Shown: one piece after another, positions 6,026-14,159 of the stretch | Layout of the letters: the number at the start of each line of letters is the position of its first letter | Position numbering within the stretch: the stretch's first letter is position 1 | From: Candidatus Saccharimonadota bacterium | GTDB lineage: Bacteria; Patescibacteriota; Saccharimonadia; Saccharimonadales; Saccharimonadaceae | Direction: 5' to 3' | NCBI GenBank assembly: GCA_001897305.1 | Contig: MKSO01000001.1 | Span: 660,001-692,000, forward strand | Length of the DNA stretch: 32,000 nt | The notes under the pieces: generated by a model | What the model saw: the letters and a program-made list of their open reading frames with translations, nothing else | Told to the model about the DNA's origin: nothing | The model's database searches: none | Position numbers and translations under genes: made by a program

Positions 6026-6979
6026 CTAGATAATAATAGTCACGGTGTCTTTTTTAGCTTTAAGTATAATTTTCTTACCAATTGGTATCGTAACCATTGG
6101 AAGTGTGTGGCCAAAATCAACATTATATACAATGGGTATTTGCCCAAGGTTTTTAGATTGCAGTATACTCTCTATATCTCTCGGTTTTACAGCACTTCCC
6201 TTTTGAAACCGTCCAATCACAAGGCCTTTCAGGTTCTGCCTAAAACCGGGCAGCTGTAATAAAGATTCAAAACGGCGCGATACCTCTCTGGCGGTATATT
6301 CACCCGCTTCATCATCATCTTCCAATAGGAAAATAAAAGGTTCTTTAAAACACGGTTGATACGGCGTACCTTGGAGTAGATAAAAAGTGCCCAAGTTGCC
6401 GCCCAATGCCAATGCTTCAACTTCACCGATGGTAAAAGTTTTCCAGGCTGTAGTTTTATACCGCCGTTGACCATATTCAGCCCACCTGTCACTTTTTTGT
6501 AACAAGGTTGGCACAGCTTGCATGGCTGCATTAAAAGCCCTTAGTGTATAGCGCCACTCGGGCATACGCCCGATAGTTGAAAAATTTGGTCCTAGAAAAC
6601 AGCTTACACCCGCCTTGACGTAAAGAGCATTAATTAGCACTGTAATATCAGAAAAACCAATTAATGGAATTGGGTTTGCTACTACCGCCTCCCAATCAAT
6701 AAGTGGCAGTATCTCGTTTGCAGACCATCCACCAGATAAAGCCATGACGAGTTTTACATTCTTATCCCTATAGGCATCATTAAAATCGTTTGCTCTGTCT
6801 TCTTTAGTGGCTGTTCCAAAATGCAACACAGCCTCGATCGATTTCCCAAAGGTTACTATATACCCTAACGATTCTAAGCGCTTTTGAGCACGTGTATATT
6901 CACGCTTATAGTTGGTAACATCAAGACTGCGTGAGGGTGCGATCACCCGAATTTCATCGCCTTTTTTTAATTGCATCAT
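6026..6979 (-). CDS. S66-family LD-carboxypeptidase (LdcA/MccF-like)
   Basis: IRVIAPSRSL N-terminus, nucleophile motif GFSDITVL, and C-terminal VDFGHTLPMVTIPIG (catalytic His), as in peptidase S66. Start set at ATG 6979 (MMQLKKGDE), 1 nt after the upstream stop. The track start at 7042 overlaps the upstream gene. Confidence 0.85.
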   Translation of the reverse strand: MMQLKKGDEIRVIAPSRSLDVTNYKREYTRAQKRLESLGYIVTFGKSIEAVLHFGTATKEDRANDFNDAYRDKNVKLVMALSGGWSANEILPLIDWEAVVANPIPLIGFSDITVLINALYVKAGVSCFLGPNFSTIGRMPEWRYTLRAFNAAMQAVPTLLQKSDRWAEYGQRRYKTTAWKTFTIGEVEALALGGNLGTFYLLQGTPYQPCFKEPFIFLLEDDDEAGEYTAREVSRRFESLLQLPGFRQNLKGLVIGRFQKGSAVKPRDIESILQSKNLGQIPIVYNVDFGHTLPMVTIPIGKKIILKAKKDTVTIII

Positions 6980-6980
6980 C

Positions 6981-7811
6981 TTACTCCATTCTAGCAGCCA
7001 CAAGCGCCCTGCTTCCATATTGCCGCATACACTCGGCTTCATCGTTTGTTAAAAATTCCAACCCCGTCTCGGCCATACCTTCACGATACGGCAGTTGAAC
7101 GATAATCGGATTAACCCCTAGGTCTTGGGTTACCTTATTAATCGCAGGGTATACCACCCTATCCATAAAGGCTGCCAAATCTCCGCTGCCCGCATTTGGT
7201 CCGCCATCAAAGTCTTCATATAAAGCGCCAAAAACAGATGCCAGTGCCATCGTTGCAGGATAGTAAAATGGTGCTAGATTTCCAGATTCCCAACCAAAGC
7301 GCCGCGCCTGATACCTGTACCACTCACCCATATCGAATGTATTGTTCACCGTATCTTCATTGCCATCATTGCCAAAAACCAATTGACGGATAGCTTGTTG
7401 ATATTCAGTCGAATTGTACCCGAACAATGTCCGCAACTCACCAACGCCACCAGAGCGTTCATCGATAGGTACAACCCATTGACGAGTGCGTTGGCCTTTC
7501 GTCCATCGAATTGGTGGCCTAATGGTTTGAACTTTTTCAGCATTGCGCTCAGTGTACTTATCCCCCATATACGAAGCCCAGTATGGCGTGAATCCTGCGT
7601 CGCGAGCCTCGTCGGCAAAAAGACGGTCTTCATCAGTCGCCCGTGGTACATAGCGGGCAAGAAAAGCCGGCACGGTTGTTTCATCGGTAAAACAGGCAGC
7701 CGGTGCCTTCACGCCCAAATAACACATCACTCTTTCTCGTAATTCTTTGTTATTTCGGCGCTCCATTATCAGGTCAAACGCCGCCTCTTTTGATGTATAA
7801 ATAGTTTCCAT
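6981..7811 (-). CDS. Hypothetical protein (276 aa), no recognisable family
   Basis: Clean ORF with normal composition: METIYTSKEAAFDLIMERRNNKELRERV...GGPNAGSGDLAAFMDRVVYPAINKV... It is tightly coupled to the S66 peptidase gene. Confidence 0.6.
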   Translation of the reverse strand: METIYTSKEAAFDLIMERRNNKELRERVMCYLGVKAPAACFTDETTVPAFLARYVPRATDEDRLFADEARDAGFTPYWASYMGDKYTERNAEKVQTIRPPIRWTKGQRTRQWVVPIDERSGGVGELRTLFGYNSTEYQQAIRQLVFGNDGNEDTVNNTFDMGEWYRYQARRFGWESGNLAPFYYPATMALASVFGALYEDFDGGPNAGSGDLAAFMDRVVYPAINKVTQDLGVNPIIVQLPYREGMAETGLEFLTNDEAECMRQYGSRALVAARME

Positions 7812-7846
7812 AGCATGCTCTTTCTAAATAGTTAGTATTACAACGT

Positions 7847-7872
7847 AAAAAGCCAGCATCGCGCTGGCTTTT
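7847..7872 (-). terminator. Intrinsic terminator after the TrpR-like gene (symmetrical, A-run/T-run on both sides)
   Basis: AAAAA GCCAGC ATCGC GCTGGC TTTT. A 6-bp GC-rich stem with U-tracts in both orientations. Confidence 0.7.
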
Positions 7873-7888
7873 ATAGAAGACTCTATAG

Positions 7889-8221
7889 CTACTCAGCACG
7901 AGCTGGCGATAGATGATCGTGATGTGCTGCGGCTAATTGAAGTGCTACTGAATACCCACCAGTTCCATTTTGGAGCCACTGGCTAATACGTGCGATTGTT
8001 CTGCTGCTGAGCTTTGATTGCTTTGCAATTTCCGTATACGTTTTACCTTCTTGCAGCATCTTAGCTGCCTCTAACCGTGCGCTTAATTCGGTTATCTCTT
8101 TCTCTGTCATAACATCACGTAAAAAGTTTTGCATCAAAGAAACATCTGAAATATCAGCGAGCGATTGAGCAAGCTGTAAAGTCATTCGATTGTCCCAGAT
8201 ATTTTTTTGATCGTTTATCAT
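7889..8221 (-). CDS. TrpR-like DNA-binding protein, YerC/YecD family
   Basis: FLRDVMTEKEITELSARLEAAKMLQEGKTYTEIAKQSKLSSRTIARISQWLQNGTGGY matches the YerC/YecD Trp-repressor-like family (HTH plus the GxGGY tail). Confidence 0.8.
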   Translation of the reverse strand: MINDQKNIWDNRMTLQLAQSLADISDVSLMQNFLRDVMTEKEITELSARLEAAKMLQEGKTYTEIAKQSKLSSRTIARISQWLQNGTGGYSVALQLAAAHHDHLSPARAE

Positions 8222-8227
8222 GCGTTA

Positions 8228-8257
8228 TACTTTACTAAAGTAAAGTACTTTTGTCAA
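8228..8257 (-). promoter_or_regulatory. Promoter of the TrpR-like gene with an embedded 20-bp palindrome (candidate operator)
   Basis: Minus strand reads TTGACA-17 nt-TAAAGT-ATAACGC-ATG. The palindrome TACTTTACT-AA-AGTAAAGTA (8228..8247) covers the -10 box and part of the spacer. Confidence 0.5.
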
Positions 8258-8260
8258 TAC

Positions 8261-8287
8261 AAAAAGAAAATCGCCCTTAAGGGCGAT
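8261..8287 (-). terminator. Intrinsic terminator downstream of tRNA-Phe
   Basis: Minus strand reads ATCGCCC TTAA GGGCGAT followed by TTTTCTTTTT. Confidence 0.75.
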
Positions 8288-8301
8288 GTCTTCATACAAT
8301 T

Positions 8302-8377
8302 TGGTGGCTCCTCCCAGACTCGAACTGGGGACACAAGGCTCTTCAGGCCTCTGCTCTACCAACTGAGCTAAAGAGCC
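8302..8377 (-). tRNA. tRNA-Phe (anticodon GAA), CCA encoded
   Basis: GGCTCTT TA GCTC AGTTGGTA GAGC A GAGGC CTGAAGA GCCTT GTGTC CCCAG TTCGAGT CTGGG AGGAGCC A CCA, 76 nt. Confidence 0.92.
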
Positions 8378-8387
8378 ACACATTGTT

Positions 8388-8457
8388 ACACTGGGCCTTC
8401 GGGCCTCTGCTCTACTATTGTTCATATGCTTCTTCGAAGCAATGAGTTAAAGAGCTG
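8388..8457 (-). pseudogene. Degenerate partial copy of tRNA-Phe (acceptor 5' strand, D-arm, anticodon arm; no T-arm)
   Basis: Minus strand reads CAGCTCTTTAACTCA[27-nt insert]TAGAGCAGAGGCCCGAAGGCCCAGTGT, compared with the tRNA GTGGCTCTTTAGCTCAGTTGGTAGAGCAGAGGCCTGAAGAGCCTTGTGT. Identical blocks are GCTCTTTA, CTCA and TAGAGCAGAGGCC (13 nt). The insert contains the hairpin TGCTTC-GAA-GAAGCA. Confidence 0.6.
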
Positions 8458-8475
8458 CTCGTTAGTAACTTGCTT

Positions 8476-8504
8476 ATTGTACTGAAACAGGGGTACTTTT
8501 TCAA
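8476..8504 (-). promoter_or_regulatory. Promoter driving the pseudo-tRNA leader plus tRNA-Phe
   Basis: Minus strand reads TTGAAA-17 nt-TACAAT. Confidence 0.55.
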
Positions 8505-8522
8505 GTATAACCCCGTTTCAGT
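8481..8522 (-). terminator. Long stem-loop after the SPFH gene (terminator-like, no clear U-tract)
   Basis: ACTGAAAC(A)GGGG .. CCCCGTTTCAGT, a 12-bp stem with one bulge. It begins 10 nt after the stop. Its 3' half overlaps the tRNA-Phe promoter. Confidence 0.35.
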
Positions 8523-8531
8523 CTTGCGTAA

Positions 8532-9293
8532 CTATTTCTTGTTTAAGCCGTCACCAATTTTCTGAACCGCATCAATCAGTTCGATTGGGAACAAAAGCGT
8601 TGTTTTCTGGCTTGGTTCGGTGCTAATACGTTCAATGGTATTAAGCGTACGAAGGTTTAGGGCACCTGGTGTACTAGCAATAATACGGGCCGCTTCGGCG
8701 AGTGTTTGAGCGGCGGCTTTTTCACCCTCGGCATTAATAATGTTGCTACGGCGTTCACGTTCAGCTTCGGCTTGCTTAGCCATGGCACGCTTCATGTCTT
8801 GTGGCAATTCGATGTTCTGGATTTTCACATTCTCAACATCAATACCCCATTGTGATGTTTGGGTATCAACAATCTCTTTAATCTTTTCGCTAATAACCTC
8901 ACGCTTTGAAAGCAGTTCATCAAGTTCAAAGTTACCCGTAATATCACGGAGTGCCGCTTGAGCAAATTGGCTGGTCGCATATACGTAGTTGGTTGTTTCA
9001 AGCACCGCTTTAGCTGGGTCGAGCACACGGAAATATACTACAGCATCAACACCAGCCGTAACGTTATCTTTTGTAATAACTTCTTGTTTCGGTACGTCAA
9101 TTGGCGTTGAACGAACATCAACACGCGTAAGAGTTTGGAAAATAGGAATAACAATCCGAAGACCGGGGTTACGAATACCCGTAAAACGCCCTAGGGTTAA
9201 TACCACTCCTCGTTGATACTGGTTAATAACCTTAAGGCCACTCAAAATAAAGATAGCTACCGTTATACCAACAATCCACAATAATACGTCCAT
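8532..9293 (-). CDS. SPFH/Band-7 (stomatin/prohibitin-like) membrane protein
   Basis: N-terminal TM helix followed by the SPFH core (RVDVRSTPIDVPKQEVITKDNVTAGVDAVVYFRVLDP...) and an Ala/Glu-rich coiled coil. Start at ATG 9293 with AGAGGAGG 7 nt upstream. The track start is 9320. Confidence 0.88.
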   Translation of the reverse strand: MDVLLWIVGITVAIFILSGLKVINQYQRGVVLTLGRFTGIRNPGLRIVIPIFQTLTRVDVRSTPIDVPKQEVITKDNVTAGVDAVVYFRVLDPAKAVLETTNYVYATSQFAQAALRDITGNFELDELLSKREVISEKIKEIVDTQTSQWGIDVENVKIQNIELPQDMKRAMAKQAEAERERRSNIINAEGEKAAAQTLAEAARIIASTPGALNLRTLNTIERISTEPSQKTTLLFPIELIDAVQKIGDGLNKK

Positions 9294-9318
9294 GCACACC
9301 TCCTCTAGTAGTATTTCC

Positions 9319-9347
9319 ATTATACCAAGCTGAAAGCCGGCTGGCTA
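9319..9347 (-). promoter_or_regulatory. Candidate promoter of the SPFH gene
   Basis: Minus strand reads TAGCCA-17 nt-TATAAT, ~25 nt upstream of the ATG. Confidence 0.4.
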
Positions 9348-9381
9348 GGAAGCAACCAGTTTTACCGCTATAATAGGAGTA

Positions 9382-10563
9382 ATGGAAGGTGCATCGCGAA
9401 TACCCTTAGCCGAACGTATGCGGCCTACAACACTCGATGAAGTGATTGGCCAAACACACCTTTTAGGCGACCACGAAATACTACGCCAAATTGTGAAAAA
9501 CCGCGAGCCCGTCAGCCTGATTTTATGGGGTCCGCCTGGCAGTGGTAAAACCACTTTAGCACGCGTTATTGCTAGTGAAGTCGATGCTGAGTTTATTGAG
9601 TTATCAGCCGTGACAAGTGGTAAAAAAGACGTTGAGAAGGTTGTTGAGCACGCCCGCCAAAACTGGAACCTGCAACTACGTACCATTCTTTTTGTTGACG
9701 AGATTCACCGTTTTAATAAAGCTCAGCAGGATGCTTTTTTGCCTCATGTAGAGTCGGGCCTTATTACGCTTATTGGCGCAACCACCGAAAACCCCAGCTT
9801 CGAAGTGATCACTCCCCTTCTAAGTCGCAGTCGCGTCTTAGTACTTGAACCACTAATAAAAGAAGACATGCTGGCGATTTTAAAACGTGCTGTCGAAGCC
9901 GAAAAAGCCAGCAAACGCGTCAGCGATGAAGCCCTCGACTATATTGCAGAACTATCCGGCGGTGATGCTCGCGTAGCCCTTGGCAACTTAGAGCTCGCGT
10001 TAAACTTCAATAAGAAGGTTACCGTTGAAACAGTCAAAACAGCAGCCCAAAAACGAGTCCCTGGCTACGACAAAAAAGGCGACATGCACTATAACGTTAT
10101 CTCGGCTTTCATTAAAAGCATGCGCGGCAGCAACGTTGATGCCACATTATATTATTTAGCTCGTATGCTTGATGCCGGTGAAGACCCAAAGTTTATCGCC
10201 CGACGAATGGTTATTTTTGCTAGTGAAGACATCGGCCTGGCTGGCAATGGCGCTCTCGGTTTAGCACTCAATGCTTTTCAAGCCGTTGAACGTGTTGGCA
10301 TGCCTGAGTCTAATTACATACTTTTTCATGTCGCCACGGCGCTGGCAAAATCTGAGAAATCTCGTCAAACTTCAAACGCCATGTATAAGGCTCAGCAATT
10401 GGCAAAACAATACCCCGATGCATCTGTGCCGCTCCATTTACGTAATGCCCCAACAAAACTTATGAAAGACCTTGGGTATAACAAAGGATATAAGTGGGAA
10501 GCCGATTTTAAACACGATAAAGGCTTTTTACCTGATGAGTTAAAAGATGAAAAGATCTTTTAA
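9382..10563 (+). CDS. rarA: Replication-associated recombination protein A (AAA+ ATPase, MgsA/RarA)
   Basis: [16 protein letters not shown], Walker [12 protein letters not shown], Walker [12 protein letters not shown], and the C-terminal MgsA domain ([39 protein letters not shown]). Confidence 0.93.
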   Translation: MEGASRIPLAERMRPTTLDEVIGQTHLLGDHEILRQIVKNREPVSLILWGPPGSGKTTLARVIASEVDAEFIELSAVTSGKKDVEKVVEHARQNWNLQLRTILFVDEIHRFNKAQQDAFLPHVESGLITLIGATTENPSFEVITPLLSRSRVLVLEPLIKEDMLAILKRAVEAEKASKRVSDEALDYIAELSGGDARVALGNLELALNFNKKVTVETVKTAAQKRVPGYDKKGDMHYNVISAFIKSMRGSNVDATLYYLARMLDAGEDPKFIARRMVIFASEDIGLAGNGALGLALNAFQAVERVGMPESNYILFHVATALAKSEKSRQTSNAMYKAQQLAKQYPDASVPLHLRNAPTKLMKDLGYNKGYKWEADFKHDKGFLPDELKDEKIF

Positions 10564-12162
10564 CTACGGACGATAATCCCTCTTGAGCGCTTCATACACA
10601 CCATTAGTCCACCCAAACCCATCTTGAAGTACATACTCGCCGCCACCGCCAAGCCCTTCGCCGCCACTTACATCATATTTTTCAACAAACTTACGAGTGG
10701 TCGCATAGACCTTATCGTTTAGCTCAAGCCAACGCTTGGCAATTTCATCGGCCAGGTCGGTATGGTTGTATTTACGAAGCCCTTCAATCGCAACCCATTG
10801 CAAAGGCGCCCAGCCATTTGGCGCATCCCACTGCTGGCCGTTTTCGATGAGTGTTGTAACTAAGCCACCAGGCTGAAGAAAATCTTTGCGGATCACATCG
10901 GCGACTTTGTCGGCTTGCTCTTGCGTTGCTATACCCACGAATAAAGGAAATACACCAGCTAAACTAGTGACCGATGTATGAACTCCGTGGTGAAAATTGT
11001 AATCCTTATAAAAGCCTTCTGTCTCACTCCATAGATACTCTTGAATTGCAACGCTCCGTGCCTGTGCACGCTTACGAAACGCCCGTGATTGCACTAAATT
11101 AAAGGAAGCTTTATACCCATCGGCAATAGTCACTTCTAAATGGTATAAAAGGCTGTTTAAATCGACAGGGAGAATATCGGCGGTATGAATTGTACGAATA
11201 TCAAGCGGGTCCATAAACCACCGCGAACTAAAATCCCAACCCGATTCCGCTGCTGCTCGCAGGTGCAAATACAACCGACTGGCATCTTTTCGACCAGAAG
11301 TTTCGGCCGTTTCAATATCCTCGCGTAGCGACTCTGGGCGCGGCGTTGATTTATTATCGTAATAACGATTTAAAAATACACCGCCCGGTAGCCTTACCAC
11401 TCGCCGGTACGCACTGTGCTCGGTAATATCAACTTTCGTGCGGCCCTTCATCCAAAAACGGTACTCAGCAGTTAGATACGGAAGGTAATCACGCAGCGCT
11501 TTTCGACCGCGATGACTTGCCACCAAGCGTACCATATGTGAAAAGAATGGTGGCTGCGAACGGCTCAATAAGTATGTGCGATTAGCAGTTGGTATGTAAC
11601 CATACTTACGAATAAGGTGCGTATAGTTTTTCATCATGTGCTCTATAGCTAGCCATTTGCCGCCCGAGGCCAACCCAAGCATAATGAAATACGTATCCCA
11701 ATAAAATTGCTCGTTAAAACGACCGCCGGGCACAATGTATTTATACGGTAGAGCCAAAAGCGAACCCTTGGTTACCCGGTTGCGTCGCTCTAGAAACTTC
11801 CAGAGTTCGTCAATGTGTTCTAACGGCGTGTGATCTGGGCTACTTTCGTAAGCACGCCGGTAGCTTTCATCACGGCCATCATAAAAGTGACGGTCAACAA
11901 ACTCTCGCAGATCAAAATTAGGGTCTTTTTTTAGAAGTGCATACTCTTCTTTAATGGACTTCAAGCGATGGGCCGGTACTAAATCGACAAAAGTTTTGCC
12001 ATCACCGTATACATTCATTTTCTGGACATCAAGCAACAACTCGCCGAGCTTTTCGTCAACATCTTTCCCAGACTTTAATAATATACCGGTCGTTTTTACC
12101 AAAGCCGTCTTCAAAGGGTCGGTCGACAAAGGAATAGGTGGTATGTTTATTTTTTTCACCAT
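10564..12162 (-). CDS. Alpha,alpha-trehalase (glycoside hydrolase family 37)
   Basis: Both trehalase signatures are present: PGGRFNEQFYWDTYF and QWDAPNGWAPLQW. Confidence 0.9.
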   Translation of the reverse strand: MVKKINIPPIPLSTDPLKTALVKTTGILLKSGKDVDEKLGELLLDVQKMNVYGDGKTFVDLVPAHRLKSIKEEYALLKKDPNFDLREFVDRHFYDGRDESYRRAYESSPDHTPLEHIDELWKFLERRNRVTKGSLLALPYKYIVPGGRFNEQFYWDTYFIMLGLASGGKWLAIEHMMKNYTHLIRKYGYIPTANRTYLLSRSQPPFFSHMVRLVASHRGRKALRDYLPYLTAEYRFWMKGRTKVDITEHSAYRRVVRLPGGVFLNRYYDNKSTPRPESLREDIETAETSGRKDASRLYLHLRAAAESGWDFSSRWFMDPLDIRTIHTADILPVDLNSLLYHLEVTIADGYKASFNLVQSRAFRKRAQARSVAIQEYLWSETEGFYKDYNFHHGVHTSVTSLAGVFPLFVGIATQEQADKVADVIRKDFLQPGGLVTTLIENGQQWDAPNGWAPLQWVAIEGLRKYNHTDLADEIAKRWLELNDKVYATTRKFVEKYDVSGGEGLGGGGEYVLQDGFGWTNGVYEALKRDYRP

Positions 12163-12226
12163 AGCCCTTTTAGTATACGTTGGTCACGTACCCATAAGCA
12201 ATAAAACAATCCTTAAAAATTGAAGC

Positions 12227-14044
12227 TTATTTATTGCGCTTGCGTTGGTTAGGGTCAAGATATCGCTTACGAAGGCGCAGGTTTTGTGGCGTAACTTCAA
12301 GTAACTCGTCGTCTTCAATAAAGTCGATACATTGCTCAAGGCTCAGGTCGGTAAATGGAGTCAACTGAATCGTACCGTCACTTGATGAACTACGCATGTT
12401 GGTAAGTTGCTTACCTTTACAAACATTAATATCAAGGTCGCCTGAACGGTTGTAGAGGCCAACGATCATACCTTGGTATACTGTGGTACCTGGGCCAACG
12501 AACAATTCGCCACGTGCTGCAGCAGTATCAAGTGCATAAGCAGTTGTTTGGCCAGCTTCAAAAGCTACCAATGCACCATTACGCATTTGCTGGAGCTTAG
12601 GGCCAAGTGGTTGGTAGCCGTGTGGCAAACTGTTCATGATAACAGTACCTTTAGTAGCGGTAAGCAACAGGTTACGAAGGCCAATCATCGCACGAGTTGG
12701 AATGATGTAGGTAATACGGGTAGTGCCGCTACTCGTCTGTTCTTGCTTTAAAGTAGTTGCACGGCGAGCACCAAGTTCCTGACTGACCGCACCGAGGAAT
12801 TCAGCCGATACTTCAATAAGTAGCTCCTCGACAGGCTCTTTGACTATACCATCTTCTTCAATTGTTACTACCTGCGGGCGACCAACTTCAAATTCGAAGT
12901 CTTCACGACGGAGTGTTTCAATTAACACAGACAGGTGAAGCTCACCACGGCCCGAAACCACGAAGCCAATTCCCTCTTCGGTCACACGGAGCGACACGTT
13001 AGTTTCAAGCTCTTGCTTGAGGCGATCACCAATTTGGCGGCTGGTGTTGTACTTAGCTTCTTTACCTTTCAGTGGGCTGGTGTTTGGACCAAGGTACATA
13101 CTAATAGTTGGTGCTTCGATGTCAATGACGGGCAAAGCCTCAGGCTGTTCTTTATCAGCTAGCGTTTCACCAATGTGCGCATCAGCAATACCAGTAACGG
13201 CAATAATATCACCCGCGCCAGCTTCGTCAATTTCTTCACGTTGCAGTCCACGGTAACCGAAGAGCTTATCAACTTTAGCGTTTACCTGTGCACCGTCACG
13301 CTTAATAAGCACGATTTGCTGACCTTTCTTAAGTGTGCCGCGGCTAATCCGACCAATGGCGTACTTACCCAGGAAAGAATCGTATGAAAGTGAAGTCACG
13401 AGCATTTGGAATGGCTTATCGCTTTCAACGGTTGGGGCAGGAATGTCGTTAATAATAGCGTCGAAGATAGGTGTTAGGTCAGTGTGCTCACTTGGGTTGT
13501 CGGGTAGTTCGTTCCACGCTTTACCTTCACGGCCAATAGCGTAGTACACAGGGTAGTGCAGTTGGCTGTCGTCAACTGCCAGTTCCAAAAAGAGTTCTGA
13601 AACTTCATCGAGCACCTCGTCAATACGACGTGATGGTTTGTCGATCTTGTTAATTACTACTACTGGCTTAAGGCCAAGCTCAAGTGCCTTCGAAAGCACG
13701 AACTTTGTTTGTGGCATTGGGCCTTCTTGGGCATCAACGATGAGAAGTACTCCATCGGCCATGTTAAGCGTACGCTCTACCTCACCAGAAAAGTCGGCGT
13801 GGCCTGGGGTGTCAATAATGTTAATTTTGTAGTCACCGTAGTAAACGGAAGTTTGCTTCGCAGTGATGGTAATACCGCGTTCGTGCTCTTGGTCACCACT
13901 GTCCATAATCAGCGATTGTTCCATCTCGGCCTGGTTGGCACGGAAAGTATTGCTTTGCTTTAAAAGGCCATCAACAAGAGTGGTCTTGCCGTGGTCGACG
14001 TGGGCGATAATCGCAACGTTGCGAATCTGGTTTGGATCTTTCAT
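12227..14044 (-). CDS. typA: Translational GTPase TypA/BipA
   Basis: [17 protein letters not shown] (G1), DTPGHADF (G3), NKID (G4), and an EF-G-like domain layout. Start set at ATG 14044; the track start at 14077 is a TTG. Confidence 0.93.
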   Translation of the reverse strand: MKDPNQIRNVAIIAHVDHGKTTLVDGLLKQSNTFRANQAEMEQSLIMDSGDQEHERGITITAKQTSVYYGDYKINIIDTPGHADFSGEVERTLNMADGVLLIVDAQEGPMPQTKFVLSKALELGLKPVVVINKIDKPSRRIDEVLDEVSELFLELAVDDSQLHYPVYYAIGREGKAWNELPDNPSEHTDLTPIFDAIINDIPAPTVESDKPFQMLVTSLSYDSFLGKYAIGRISRGTLKKGQQIVLIKRDGAQVNAKVDKLFGYRGLQREEIDEAGAGDIIAVTGIADAHIGETLADKEQPEALPVIDIEAPTISMYLGPNTSPLKGKEAKYNTSRQIGDRLKQELETNVSLRVTEEGIGFVVSGRGELHLSVLIETLRREDFEFEVGRPQVVTIEEDGIVKEPVEELLIEVSAEFLGAVSQELGARRATTLKQEQTSSGTTRITYIIPTRAMIGLRNLLLTATKGTVIMNSLPHGYQPLGPKLQQMRNGALVAFEAGQTTAYALDTAAARGELFVGPGTTVYQGMIVGLYNRSGDLDINVCKGKQLTNMRSSSSDGTIQLTPFTDLSLEQCIDFIEDDELLEVTPQNLRLRKRYLDPNQRKRNK

Positions 14045-14114
14045 GATTTTTACAAAAAAATTACGCCCTTGAGACAATTATTTCCGTATTAATCCCAGGG
14101 CTTCCTTATCTATA

Positions 14115-14143
14115 ATTATAGCATAGGCAACAACCGAGGTCAA
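14115..14143 (-). promoter_or_regulatory. Promoter of typA
   Basis: Minus strand reads TTGACC-17 nt-TATAAT, ~70 nt upstream of the ATG. Confidence 0.65.
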
Positions 14144-14159
14144 ATGGCGGACCCCGCAG

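Noticed and set aside
8225-8425. 66-aa minus-strand ORF
   Set aside because: It is made of tRNA-Phe, its terminator and the pseudo-tRNA fragment (..SLAQLVEQRPEEPCVPSSSLGG..). It is not coding.
9345-9686. 113-aa ORF antisense to the rarA 5' end, plus the many 60-125-aa ORFs antisense to copB, typA, the pilin genes, uvrC, trhO and the ABC genes
   Set aside because: They are embedded in the opposite strand of long CDSs with strong family motifs. They have low-complexity or skewed composition and no start signals.
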